Origin: Mustelus asterias
Taxonomy: Eukaryota
Length of the DNA stretch: 64,000 bases
Direction: 5' to 3'
Assembly: GCF_964213995.1 (NCBI RefSeq)
Contig: NC_135812.1
Location: forward strand, 81,282,001 to 81,346,000
Under the pieces are notes generated by a model. The model was not told where the DNA came from. It searched no databases and saw only the letters and a list, made by a program, of their open reading frames with translations. How positions within the stretch are numbered: the stretch's first letter is position 1; each line of letters starts with the position of its first letter. Made by a program: the position numbers and the translations under genes. Of the stretch, positions 14,491-27,764 are shown piece after piece.

Positions 14491-14900
14491 ATAAAAGCAA
14501 AAACAGAAAATGCTAGAAAATCTCAGCGGGTCTTACAGCATCTATGGAGAGAGAACAGAGCTAATGTTTCAAGTCTGGATGACTCTTTGTCAGAGCAGAA
14601 GACAATTGGAAATAGAAGAAGGTTTATACTGGTGTGGAGAAGGTGGGGTGGGCTGTGGGGGCAAAATAGATGGCCAGCAAAAGGTGAAGGCAAAGGAGAG
14701 ATTGACAAAGATGTCATGGACAAAAAGGTGGTGATCATGGATAAGAAGGGTGACGATTGTCCTCCGCTCTGACGAATAGTCATCCAGACTTGAAACATTA
14801 GCTCTATCCTTTCTCCACAGATGCTGTCAGACCTGCTGAGATTTTACAGCATTTTCTGTTTTTGTCTCAGATTCCAGCATTCACAGTATTTTGCTTTTAT
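14491..14900. mobile_element. Penelope-derived inverted-repeat element with hammerhead-like motifs
   Basis: Arms at about 14493-14596 and 14766-14900 are inverted; CTGACGA (14769) and GAAA (14792) core. Confidence 0.75.
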
Positions 14901-15779
14901 ATTGTGGTTAACTTGCATGGTACTTGCCGAAACTCAATTGTAATTTGCAACAGTCTGTATTGTATTATGCCCAAGAGGACTCTGGCTCACTGACGGTTAG
15001 TTAATAAAGATATTATTCGATGTAGAACTGCAGTAAGTTAACTAAATGTGAATTGTCCCAAACATTAAACACTGATCTCTGAGAGGAATTGAAAGAAACT
15101 TTGGCTCTTTAATCCTTGAAAAAAGTTGACTGACTCATTAAAATGTGTGGAGAAGGTGAATCTGCAGCATGCCATCACAACAGGACATAGTACAGTCTCA
15201 AATAAAAGACAGATCCAGAAGTGATGGCAGTCAGAATTTTGTCCTCCATGGCATATTCAACATTGGAACAGACCTACAGTCGGAAGGGGAGAGAGAGGTG
15301 CAGTGAAGATTGTAAGCCTTACAACCTTTTAAGAGTCAATTGGCCTTTGTGAGGATATGTCTGTGGGTTGCACATTTGAGTTAAATTAGGATGGATGTTC
15401 CTTGTTGTGGCATATTCCTTACAATCACATCATGAATTGGGCTAGGAGCCCAACATTTGACCTCTGCAATCTGACTGAGGAAGAATTAATATCGGCCAAT
15501 ATTCTTTTTCCATCACTGACCTTTAATTCCTACAAAAAGGGCAGGACAGACTCAGATTTATTTGCTGTGAACTCCCAACGTGGAATAATCTGTCCTCCAT
15601 GAGCTAAACTCTCAAATGAAAACTGATCACAATGTTAAGGTCCTGGAGGGATGGCTGCCACCCACCTCTGGAACCATGGCGCAGCAGAAATCAACATCTC
15701 AACATGAGGGGTAGGGGGAGAAAACTGGAGGGAAAATAAATAAATTTCCATGGCATTGCATTTTAAATTAAACATTATG

Positions 15780-16100
15780 GAGGTAAACTCCAGTGTCTGT
15801 GAAAGGGAATCAATAGGATAGTTGCAGAGAAACAATTTTCTCGACTGGGAATAAGAGAGCGAGTCAAGTCAGTTAGGAATTAAATCTGGGAGAATTGTTT
15901 CATACAGAGGACTCTCGAAAGGATGTTGGGTCAATTGAACTTTTCAAGACTTGAGATTGATAGATTTTCATGAGGTAATGGTTTCAAAGAACATGAAGAA
16001 AAAAATGAAAATTGAGTTGAGGTACTGATCACATTTGATCTAATAGAATGGCAGAAAAGGCTCAAGGGGCTGAATGACCTACCCCGATGACCCGATGTAG
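15780..16100 (+). mobile_element. Old CR1 3' remnant
   Basis: Decayed FK.EIDRF segment and the ggctcaaggggctgaatgacctac tail. Confidence 0.6.
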
Positions 16101-16387
16101 CTAGTATTGAGAAACAATAGGCACTACCTCGAGATTGACTTTTCAATAGGAACTAAGGTAAAAACATTACTTTGCATAATTATGTTCACAGGCAATTTTG
16201 GCCAATGTTGAAGATATTTTGAACTATTCACTGAGTGATAGGAACCTGGTTCTTCTTAATTGTTCAATAAATTATTGTATTACTCCAAAACTATTTGAAG
16301 ATAATACTGTGTTTTACTTTTCCCCTCTACCCCTGCTTCCTTTGCTTTTGAAATATACTCACGTTTTGACCAATATTAAACATGTAA

Positions 16388-16682
16388 CATGGTGGCACTG
16401 TGGTTAGCACTGCTGCCTTATAGTGCCAGGGATCTGGTTTCAATTCCGACCTCGGGTGACTATGTGTGGAGTTTGCATGTTCTCCCCATATCTGCGTGGG
16501 TTTCCTTCTACACTCCAAAGATGTGTGAATTAGATGGATTGGTCAGGCTAAATTGATCCTTAGTGACAGGGGGTCTAGCTGGGTAAATACGTGGGGTTAT
16601 GGGGATAGGGCCCAGGTGGGATTGTTGTTGGTGCAGACTTGATGGGCTGAATGGGCTCTTTCAGCACTGTAAGGGTTCTATA
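16388..16682 (+). mobile_element. HE1-type V-SINE
   Basis: ggtggcactgtggttagcactgctgcc head and CR1-like tail. Confidence 0.9.
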
Positions 16683-17288
16683 TAAAGATCTTTTCAATGC
16701 CAAATACTGGGATATGAAAGAAAAGAATGCAATTTTGTAATGACTGGTATGCAAGTGCTGCAGCAGTGCAGTTTTGTGCTGTATCAGCTCAAGAGCAGGT
16801 TTTGTAAAGGTACCAAACTCTTGATCTTCATATTATATTATTAATTGCTGTGTTTATAACTATTTCTTATACCACCCAAGTGGAAACTTGCTTAACTGTC
16901 AAAATAGAATGATTTAATGAATTCCATAAAATTGTTTCCCAGTGTGTGGTTTTCTTTTAGCATGTTATTTAATTCATTATTCTGAGTTGCAGATTAAAGT
17001 TGTCTTGCATTCACTGAAGCAATGGTACAAATCAGTCACTTACAATAATAATTAAATGCACTGAAGTGATATCCATATCTTATGGTTTTACAGTGCGAAA
17101 TCTTGCAAATGTATTAGAAACATGAAAGAGTGAAGCACCCACACAGACAAAATCAATAAATTAATATCAGGAATGCTGCAAAAAGTGCCTCATTTTCACA
17201 AGACTACCTGATATCCTCTGGTATTTCTCATATCTGCAGAGCAGAACTGCAATATTGAACAATTAACCTATGTATGCCTGGAAGAGAA

Positions 17289-17499
17289 AGTAAGAAGTTT
17301 AACAACACCAGGTTAAAGTCCAACAGGTTTATTTGGTAGCAAAAGCCACACAAGCTTTCAGAGCTCCAAGCGAAGGGGCTTGGAGCTCCGAAAGCTTGTG
17401 TGGCTTTTGCTACCAAATAAACCTGTTGGACTTTAACCGGGTGTTGTTAAACTTCTTACTGTGTTTACCCCAGTCCAACGCCGGCATCTCCACATCATG
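17289..17499. mobile_element. Penelope-type terminal palindrome with 83-bp arms
   Basis: 17289-17371 and 17378-17460 are reverse complements (81/83). Flanking direct repeat aagagaaag at 17282-17290 and 17501-17509. Confidence 0.8.
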
Positions 17500-17717
17500 T
17501 AAGAGAAAGCTCATATATACCATGAGAGCCCATATAATGGCAACCTATTGCATGATGCAAAGTTAGCAAATTGTCTGCAAATTTCACCAATCTGGTCAGA
17601 AGGACAAATTACTTTCTTTATGATTGTTTTGCATCTGCGATAAATTATAACATCTGACGTGTGATGTCTTCTTGCTCAGACACACTAATTTCAATAATTG
17701 TGGTTCTGCTATGTTTT

Positions 17718-18004
17718 AAAGTTTGAAGTTTATTTATTAATGGCACGGGTAGGCTTACATTAACACTGCAATGAAGTTACTGTGAAAATCCTCTAGTTGC
17801 TACACTCCAGTGCCGGTTCGGGTACACTGAGGGAGAATTTAGCATGGCCAATGCACCTAGCTTGCGCGTCTTTCGGAGAGTGGGAGTATCCGGAGGAAAC
17901 TCACATAGACATGGGGACAACGTGCAAACTCCACACAGACAATGACCCAAGCTGGGTGTCGAACCCAGGTCCCTGGCACTGAGAGGTAGCAATGCCACTG
18001 TGCA
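17718..18004 (-). mobile_element. V-SINE, alternative-tail subfamily
   Basis: HE1 head and V-domain, with a tail of the gattttcacagtaacttcattgcagtgttaatgtaagcctac...aataaa type. Confidence 0.9.
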
Positions 18005-18863
18005 CAAGTTTATTCTCTCCTCATTCTGCCAGTTATTAAAAGAATACAACACATGATAGCGAGCAACCACAACTGGGATGCAACAGAAACAAAAGGTCAA
18101 TGATATTTCCGACGTTGGTTCCACCCAACTGTTGGAGAGGCTGAGAGCACTCCATTGCTAGCAGCACCGCGGGAAGCGGTTGCTACTGCCGGTGAGGCTT
18201 TTAGAAGAGATCATCATGGGAGCTCTGGTGAGAGATGTAAGTGGATAGATTGGGGTTGCAGGAAGGGGGGTCGCCAATGAAGCGGGTTCAGATGCAAGGG
18301 CAGGCGAGTGGCTCTCAGCAGATGCACCCCTTCCCAAACCCAGGTCCCTCGCTGAGGCACTGTGAATGAGGGACCGCCTCTGCCTCACCCCCACCGGGGA
18401 GGCTTCTGGCAAACAAATCAGGTGTTGCTGAACAGCTTTCAGGACACATGGAAAACCCATGCGAGTTCAGGAGATTCCCTGAATCCCGTGGGCTTAGAGT
18501 ATTGATCTTAAAGTGCCTCAATAATGAGCCTAATTAGACAGCAGGTGGGTTCCTTGCATAGGCTCATTCCCTCTGTTGACATAAATGGGAGTCAATTTTT
18601 CCACCGGCAGGAATGTGATGCGTGGCCTCTAACATAGTTACGCAGGCCAGCCAGCCACCTAACCGGTACCAACTGCTTTCATTAAATCCCTGCCCAGGTC
18701 CCTTTGTGGAGCAGAAGGAATTACAAAGGATTCTTCTTTCTCAATCATGTTCTGAACTGCCCAGCTTCTTTGCCAGGCAGCATTCCATTTTAAACATGTG
18801 ACTGGTGATATTTTGACTTATCTTCTGGCTTAACCTTATTCACATAGTATGATAAGCACCAAA

Positions 18864-19675
18864 TTCCAGACAAATGTGAGGTAATGCATTTTGGAAGGTC
18901 TAATACAGATAGGAAATATACAGTAAATGGCAGAACCCTTAAGAGTATTGATAGGCAAAGGGATCTGGATTTACAGGTACACAGGTCACTGAAAGTGGCA
19001 ATGCAGGTGGAGAAGGTAGTCAAGAAGGCATACGGCATGCTTGCCTTCATCGGCCGGGGTATTGAGTTTAACAATTGGCAAGTCATGTTGACGCTTTATA
19101 GAACCTTAGTGAGGCCGCACTTGGAATATAGTGTTCAATTCTGGTCGCCACACTACCAGAAGGATGTGGAGGCTTTGGAGAGGGTACAGAAAAGATTTAC
19201 CAGGATGTTGCCTGGTATGGAGGGCATTAGCTATGAGGAGAGGTTGGAGAAACTTGGTTTGTTCTCACTGGAGCGAAGCAGGTTGAGGGGAGACCTGATA
19301 GAAGTCTACAAGATCATGAGAAGCATGGACAGAGTGGATAGTCAGAAGCTTTTTCCCAGGGTGGAAGAGTCAATTACGAGGGGACATAGGTTTAAGGTGT
19401 GAGGGGCAAGTTTTAAAAGAGATGTACGAGGCCGATTTTTTACACAGAGAGTGGTGGGTGCCTGGAACTCGTTGCCGGGGGGGGGTAGTGGAAGCGGATA
19501 CGGTAGTGACTTTTAAGGGGTGTCTTGACAAGTACATGAATGAGATGGGAATAGAGAGATATGGTCCCCGGAAGCGTAGGGGCTTTTAGTTAAGTCGGGT
19601 AGCATGGTCGGTGCAGGCTTGGAGGGCCGAAGGGCCTGTTCCTGTGCTGTAATTTTCTTTGTCCTTTGTTCTTTG
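18864..19675 (+). mobile_element. CR1 LINE 3' fragment
   Basis: ORF 18884-19402 contains LYRTLVRPHLEYSVQFWSP; CR1 tail. Confidence 0.94.
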
Positions 19676-20282
19676 AATCAGGAAAATAAAACCTCTCCCC
19701 AAAATTCATAACCAATGGTGTGATTTGACTGAAAATATCAGAAGTTGGGTTTGAGAGTTATTGAAAAACATTACTTTCCTTCGCTGGGTTTATATTTCCA
19801 CCTATACTTTAAATATAACAGTATATGGGCCTCACTATAAACGTCTAGGCAAAGCAATAAAATGTACTTTAATAAACAATATAAACCACCTTAAGTATAA
19901 ATCAACCACAGGACAAACTAAAGCAAGTAGCAATTTGTTTTATAGCCTCAGGGGAGTATTTGAGTGCAGCTAGATTTGTAAGGAATAAAACTACCTGCAA
20001 GAAATATTACATATCCAGAAGTAATGTTACGGATGCCACTGTTAAGTGACCTATAAAGGGTATTTGGCATTAAACTGAATTGTTAACATCCTTTGAACAA
20101 TTGTCCGTGAAACGCATTATAAGAATTTTAAGAACTTGTATTCATCGTACTATCCAAGCTTGAATTTGGCAAGTAAACCAAGTTGACTCTATCCAACTGT
20201 CAACAGTTAACACTAAATCTCTTGCAACTTTCAATATAAATATTTTGAAAGCTAGAAAATCCTTATAATAAAATCAGAACCA

Positions 20283-20940
20283 AAACTAGGGGTCATAGTT
20301 TGAGGATAAGGGGTAAACCTTTTGGAACTGAGGTAAGGAGAGATTTCTTCACCCAGAGGGTGTTGAATGTGTGGAATTCACTACCACAGAATGTAGTTGA
20401 GGCCAAAACATTGTCTGATTTCAAAAGTACATTAGATTTGGCTCTTGGTGCTAAAAGGATCAAGGGATATTGAACTCGATGATCAGCCATGATCAAAATG
20501 ATTGGAGGAGCAGGTTCGAAGGGCCGAATGGCCTACTCCTGCTTCTAGTTTCTATGTTTCTTGAATAATCATCATCAGTTACAAAGAGAGATTGGACAAG
20601 TTGGGCATGTTGGAGACACGAAGAAGTTGAGAGGAGATTTGATAGAGATTTTCAAGAGCACAAGGGGGCTGGATAGAATAGATTAAGGAAAACATGTTTT
20701 CACTGATGGAAAGATCGACAACCAGAGAGCAGAAATTTAAAATAGTTAACAAACGAAACAATGGCAAAATAAGGAGAAACACGTCATGCTGCAAATGATT
20801 AGGATCTGGAGTGGTCCAAGAATGTGGAGGAGGCAGTTTCAGTCGAGGCATTGAAGAAGGATTTGTTTTCTGAAAATGAAGAATGTGCAGTGCGCTGGGG
20901 AGAGGCACGAGCTAAATTGTTCCTGAAGAGAGCCAACATC
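20283..20940 (+). mobile_element. Two adjacent CR1 3' fragments (about 20283-20560 and an older one at about 20575-20940)
   Basis: TRGHSLRIRG...FFTQRV motif and the ggccgaatggcctactcctgc tail, followed by a decayed RLRGDLIE segment. Confidence 0.8.
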
Positions 20941-20991
20941 GACTCTCGTGCTATAACTATTATCATAGTTATGACTATGAAAGATGCCATT

Positions 20992-21846
20992 ATAGAGTCA
21001 TAGAGGTTTACAGCATGGAAACGGGCCCTTCGGCCCAACTTATCCATGCCACCCTTTTTTTTTAAAACCCCTAAGCTAATCCCAAATGCCCGCATTTGGC
21101 CCATATCCCTCTATACCCATCTTACCCATGTAATTATCTAAATGCTTTTTAAAAGACAAAATTGTACCCGCCTCTACTACCACCTTTGGCAGCTTGTTCC
21201 AGACACTCACCACCCTGTGTGAAACAATTGCCCCTCTGGACACTTTTGTATCTCTCCCCTCTCACCTTAAACCTATGCCCTCTAGTTTTAGACTCCCCAA
21301 CCTTTGGGAAAAGATATTGACTATCTACCTTTTCTATGCCCCTCATTATTTTATAGACCTCTATAAGGTCACCCCTCAGCCTCCTACGCTCCAGAGGAAA
21401 AAGTCCCAGTCTATCCAGCCTCTCCTTATAACTCAAACCATCAAGTCCCGGCAGCATCCTAGTAAATCTTTTCTGCACTCTTTCTTGTTTAATAATATCC
21501 TTTCTATAATAGGGTGACCAGAACTGCACACAGTATTCCAAGTGTGGCCTTACCAATGTCTTGTACAACTTCAACAAGATGTCCCAACTCCTGTATTCAA
21601 TGTTCTGACCGATGAAGCCAACATGCTGAATGCCTTCTTCACCATTCTGTCCATCTGTGACTCCACTTTCAAGGAGCTATGAACAGGTACCCCTAGATCT
21701 CTTTGTTCTGTAACTCTCCCTAACGCCCTACCATTAACTGAGTAAGTCCTGCCCTGGTTCAATCTACCAAAATGCATCACCTCGCATTTGTCTAAATTAA
21801 ACTCCATTTGCCATTCTTCAGCCCACTGGCCCAATTGATCAAGATC
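20992..21846 (-). mobile_element. CR1 LINE 3' fragment
   Basis: ORFs 21149-21577 and 21571-21906 encode the CR1 RT C-terminus. Confidence 0.94.
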
Positions 21847-22163
21847 ATTCAGCCCATCAAGCCTGCACCAACAACAGTCCCACCCAGGCACTATCCCCGT
21901 AACCATATATTTACCCTGCTAATCCCCCTGACACTAAGCAGCAATTTAGCATGGCCAATCAACTTAACCCGCTCATCTTTGGAGTGTGACGGAAAACTGG
22001 AGCCCCAGAGGAAACCTATGCAGACATGGGGAGAATGCGCAAACTTCGCACACTCACCCAAGGCTGGAATTGAACCCAGGTCCCTGGCGCTGTGAGGCAG
22101 CAGTGCTGACCACTGTGCCACCATGCCACCCATAAAAATGTGCCACCATGCCACCCATAAAAA
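21847..22163 (-). mobile_element. HE1-type V-SINE with a duplicated 5' end
   Basis: Head and V-domain; 25-nt unit x2 at 22114-22163. Confidence 0.9.
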
Positions 22164-22399
22164 TTACTCTTTGTTTCCTGCCACCGAGTCAATTCTGTAA
22201 TCCTTTACTTTTTGAAGGTGTGTATTTTACATGAAAGTAGAAAAAGGAAAGAAAATGGCTGGAATGTCCTGATATTCACCAAATATGCTAATAACTGGGA
22301 ACTTATTACTTCTGTTACAGAAATGTACTAAAGACATCAAATGATTAAAATACTTTGACAATCTGGATTTCCTTTAAAATATAATGAATAAGGTGTGTG

Positions 22400-22900
22400 T
22401 CAGGAGATTTGATAGAGGTGTTTAAAATCAGGACTGGTTTAGGTATAATAAATAAAGGAAAACTTGTTCCAATAACTGAAGGATCAATAACCAATGGGCA
22501 CAGATTTAGGTGAATGGTGAAAGAACCAGGATGAGACATGATTAGGATTTGGAATGCACTGCCTGATAGCAAAGTGGATATCGATTCAATATGGCAGCCA
22601 TCAAAAGAGAACTGGCTAAATACTTGAAGGAGAAAAATTTGCAGAGGCATGGGGAAAGAGCAGTAAGGTAGGGCTAACTGGATTGCTTTTCAATAGAGCA
22701 GATTCAACAGGCCTAATGGTCCCCTTCTCTATGATACCTTGTGCACATGCATTGTCATAATTCAAACATCTTAAGAAATATTGGCACTGGAGGCAGCCCA
22801 GAGAAAGTTTGTAGGTTGATCCCAGGGATGGAGGGATTTTCTTTGAGGAGAGGTCAAGCAGGTTGAGCCTGTCCTCATTAGAGTTTAGAAGAACGAGGTA
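22400..22900 (+). mobile_element. Old CR1 remnants
   Basis: GDLIEVFKI and EERSSRLSLSSLEFRR-like decayed motifs. Confidence 0.7.
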
Positions 22901-23717
22901 GTGCCCTTCTGCAGTCAATAAATCTTTCATAGTTATTCATTGAAAATCACTGATGAAGCCTTGCTTTAACAAGTGTATTTCCAGTTTCAGTGCAGCTGAG
23001 AAACAAGCCAGAAACTGCACCAATCACTTGGACAAGTTGTGCAAATCTGCCAGTGATGGGAATGGCAGTCCTTCTACGAACAGTAAAGCCTGGAAAACGC
23101 AATTACCTGGGCCCCACATTGATAATGTCATGGGAATTTCCTGCTCTGTTCTGCCTATTCATTCTCACCAAACCCCACTGGTTAAAACCGAAGACCTGTG
23201 TGAGAACAATTTTTAAAGTGTTTAATTATTTCTTCAGTTTTCTATAGCTTGTCTTTTACTATAAAACCCATAACGTAACTAGGAGGTGGCTCTGCTTTCC
23301 ATCTGACATGCAGACATCGATTGATGTAAATTTGATATATGAGGGTACAGACCTATTTATTTATCTGCACTTAGTGAGGAAATATTTATGTTCATACTAA
23401 GTTCTAACCATACACCTTCACTGGAGAAATGCATCAACATGCTCATGGACCCAAGCTTTCTTCCTACCCCCAACAACAGTATAACAACCAATTCATTGCA
23501 CAATCCCAAAGGAGAGCTTCTCATTCCCTATTGAAATTGCTTATATAAATCAAATTGGCCATCACTCTATACCACAAGCGTGTAATAAGCTTTGTGCAGC
23601 TGTAAGTGAATTGTTAAATTAACATGATTCAAAGAGGAAGCATGGAATAATTTTAATATTTTTAATCTCGCAGGGAAGCGGAGGCATGTCCTGTCTCCAG
23701 GACAACTGGAGTGTTAC

Positions 23718-24015
23718 AAAAGTTTAGTTAATACTTTCACAAGTTGGCTTATATTAACACTGCAATGAAGTTTCTGTGAAAATCCCCTAGTCGACACAAT
23801 CCGGCACCTGTTCGGGTACACTGAGGGAGAATTTAGCATAGCGATTGCACCTAACCGGCATGTCTTTTGGACTGTGGGAGGAAACCGGAGCACCAGGAGG
23901 AAACCCACAGGGAGAACATGCAGACTCCGCCCAGACAGTGACCCAAGCCGGGAATCAAACCCAGGTCCCTGACATTGTGAGGCAGCAGTGCTACCCATTG
24001 TGCCACTATGATGCC
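23718..24015 (-). mobile_element. V-SINE, alternative-tail subfamily
   Basis: Same head and tail as 17718. Confidence 0.9.
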
Positions 24016-24274
24016 CTGTGCAACATTTCTTTGATCCCTGTTCTTACTTGCCTCCACCCATACAGATTCTGGGCACGAACTTATCAGCCGTTCATACAAC
24101 AGTCCTGCTGCAGCGAGATCTGAGAATTTGGCATTTGTCAAATCTTTCACTCCAGTGGGATGGGAAAATCGTGCCAGGATGAACGATTGTAAGATTCCGA
24201 CCTCGATTTCCTGCTCTTCTGAGCTAGCCACTGTTCCAAGCTAAACCACACCACTCGCAATATTGGCATCCTAT

Positions 24275-25300
24275 GCGGCCTTGAGGTGAATGTCTGACCC
24301 ATAACTTTTCCAGCACCAAGACTGCCTTACTTCCACCTCTATAACATCCCCCTTCTGCTGCTGAAAACCCAAGCGATGCTACTGTTCATTTTAGACTCAA
24401 CTATTCCAGTGCTCTCTTGGCTGGCCTCTTATCCTGTAACCTGTCTAAACCTGAGCTCCACTGCCTGCTCCTGAACTCCGACCTTATCCCATGCGTCCAT
24501 CATGCTGAGCTTTCCGACTTACGGTGGTCCTTGATCCAGCAACACTTTGTTTTCAAATCCTCTCCTGGTCTTCTCTTTCCCAATCTCTGCAAACTCTTCC
24601 AATACTGGATTTTTAAAAAAATTCATTCATAGGATATGAGCGTTGCTGGCTGGCCAGCATTCATTGCCCATCCCTATTTTCCCTTGAGCTTGCTGGGCAT
24701 TTTCACAAGGCAATTGAGAGTCAACCACATTGCTTTGGCCCTGGAGTCACATGTAGGCCAGACCTGGTAAGGACGGCAGATTTCCTTCCCTAAAGGACAT
24801 TAATGAACCAGATTGGTTTTTCCAACAATCACCAATGATTTCATGGTCATCAGTAGATTCTTAATTCCAGATTTTTAAAAAATTGAATTCAAATTCCGCC
24901 ATCTGCCGAAGTGGGATTCAACCTCGGGTCCCCAGAATATTAACTGCGTTTCTGGATTGATTGTCCAGCGATAATACCATAGGCCGCCATCACCTCCCCA
25001 AATCTTGTCTACTTTGTTCATACTTCACCCCTACTTTACATTACTGCACTTATGGCAGATATGGTTTCAACTGCCTATGTTGCTTATTGTTCTTTACAAT
25101 TCCTGGAATTCCCTCCATAAACCTCTTCGCCCCGCAATCTCTTTTTCCTCCTCTCTAATATGAGCCTTAAACCTACCTCTTCCTGTTCTAATGTCTCATG
25201 TGACTCAGTATCAAATCTTGTTTGTTGACACTTGTGTGAAGTGTTAACCTTGGGATATTGCATATCATTAAAGGTGCCATATAAATGCAAGTAGTTGTCA
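24275..25300 (+). mobile_element. L2 3' remnant split by a SINE
   Basis: RLNYSSALLAGL motif; tail aaaggtgccatataaatgcaagt. Confidence 0.75.
24610..24999 (-). mobile_element. Second tRNA-derived SINE family
   Basis: Reverse-complement homologue of 59749-60140. Confidence 0.85.
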
Positions 25301-25595
25301 TTGTTGTTATGTTCCCACTGCTCTTTTCAGCATATAATGGTTGTTCGTTCACTGGGGAATTGATGCAGATGATGGATTTAATGTACGTGTAAGAATCTGT
25401 CAGCATTGCTACAATATGTTACAGCAACTATCTTTCTCTCACAATAGCAATATAACAAAGGTGCATTGAATATCACACAACCCTACCAAGAATCAGCAAA
25501 GTAGCAATACAGCTTTAAAGGCAAGGCCCCTACAGAAAGAAAGAGGCATTCCAAGCACCCTTAGAGATGTTATTCAGGTATTCCAAAAGTATTAT

Positions 25596-25947
25596 GTGAC
25601 GGCACAGTGGTTAGCACTGCTGCCTCATAGCACCAGTGACCCGAGTTCGATTCCAGCCTTGGATAGCTCTCTGTGTGGAATTTATCTGTGTGGAGTTTGT
25701 ACATTCTCCCCATGGCTGCGCGGGTTTCCTCCGGGTGCTCCGGTTTCCTCCCACAATCTAAAGATGTGCAAGTTAGGTGGATTGGCCACACTAAATTGTC
25801 CCCTAGTGTCCAAAGATGTGTAGATTAGTGGTGTAAATACGTTGTGTTACGGGAATAGGGCCTTAGTCATATGCTCTGTATGAGAGTAGGTGCAGACTCG
25901 ATGGGCTGAATGGCCTCCTTCTGCACTGAAGGGATTGTATTCTATGA
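25596..25947 (+). mobile_element. HE1-type V-SINE
   Basis: A and B boxes, V-domain and tail. Confidence 0.93.
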
Positions 25948-27764
25948 TTAATGTTGTTGTGGGATCCTGTGAATGGTTTGCTTCATTTAGGCAAAGACTT
26001 CATTTATGATATTTCTGCCTATGTAAGTAACTTTGCTAAGCTTAAAAAATTAACTTGACTACATTTCAAAACTCAGAAGGCATGCTGGGTTAGGTAGAAA
26101 TTGGCGGCATTTTTGAAGGGTACAATGCAAGCAAAACAGATTTTTCATAAACCAAACAAGCTTTTCATAAACAACATCTGCAAGGTCTGTTTCTCCAAGT
26201 TGGAGACAGCACATGCAAAACAATTTCAATAACAAGATGACGAATGACATATATTGTAGCTTAAGCTTTGTGTTTGCAATTAGGCTTTGTTTTTGAATTC
26301 AGTGTGTTCAAGATCAGTACAGGGGCCTGGCAGTGAAAAAGCCAGTCTCTCTCTCCAGCTTTTCTCTTTCTTTTCACTTTTGTAATGATTTAATTTCAAG
26401 TTCGGTTCAATAAAGGAAATTCATTTCAACATCATACCAGTGCTGTCCTGAATGGACCCTGCAAATATCAAACTGAGGGCCTTGATGAGCTTGATGCACA
26501 GTAGGAGCACAGGCTGTAAGTGTTTGAGTTACAGGCTGCTTACAAGACCTCCATGTCCTATAATGTGGAGAACTGTCACCTGAGGCACAGCAACAATGGG
26601 TGCCAATGTGATACCAATTTGAGCCCCAGTACTCATTTAAGAAAAACTGACTTAACCAAATAAACACTTACTTGACGAACTAAATTCAACTAAATTTGAC
26701 ATTTTCTTCATAAGTAAGCATCGCTCCAGAAATAAGTTCTCCCTCAAAGCGCTGGAGACTTTCATAATGCCAAGCCTGCAAATGGAAACTCCATTATTGC
26801 TTTTCTGAACTGTGGATCTGTCAAAACTCAGGCCAGTCCAATAACTGCTCATGTCAGTTGCTTTCAGAAAGGCCCAGTACAATTCTAATTTGAGGACTGA
26901 TGCAGGGAGGGGGAAAAAAAATTGCAGGCCAGATGATTCATTCACTCTGATCTATTTGGTATTGCTGTCTTATCATCCTGTGCCCTTTCCTGGCAGAATA
27001 TCACCAAACTCTAATATAATGGACTTTTCCTTGTAAGAAATAAGGAAAAATAATATTTGCTAACGGGAGCTTCACCCAGATTAGACTTGAAAGGGCTGCA
27101 AAAACCGCAACGACAAAAGCAATCCACTGCCTTTCTGTGATTGAGAAACTGATGCTTCTGAAATTTCATTCGTCTACTTTTCTTTTTAAAAGCAGCATTA
27201 CTGTATTGTGTATCTTGATGTAATGATATAGCCGAGAGCAGGAAGAAAAAGCCACGAATGCACATTGCCAATGTGCAAATATTGTAACATTTCCTGTGTC
27301 TTTTGTAATATATTTTGAATTCTGAATTGGGTTAAATATTGACGGGGAATTGCGCAAGACCCAACGCCACAGATCAACCAGTCCTTATTGGAAAATTGCA
27401 TAGTTTGGAAGCCCTATTAGCAGTATGCAATCTTGTAAAATGAAATGAAACCAACTCATCAAAATCATTCAATTGGAGCGATGCCGGTACCCGTATGCTC
27501 TCAGGATAATTGCTGTAATCTATTTGTTTTTTGTAGTTGTATAGGTGGTTTGGATTTAGACAAAAGTAGAATGATATTGAAGCTTCCTGCAGCACCAGGG
27601 GAATAGCAAAAATACAGGGAGATTTCAGAATGAATGGTAGAGGAAGGAAATATCAGTTGCTACTGAATGTAGATAAATAAAAAGTGATACATTTCTGGAA
27701 AATGAACAGTGAAGGAGTGAGATTCTTATTTAACAATGTAGAAGCAGGAATATGGGTCCAGAGA

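Noticed and set aside
20992-22163. SINE-CR1 chimeric retrotranscript
   Set aside because: catt occurs at both CR1 junctions, so a simple insertion of the CR1 into the SINE tail explains it equally well.
26640-26760. LLDELNSTKFDIFFISKHR resembling an RTE endonuclease N-terminus
   Set aside because: Too short and degenerate to support without a profile search.
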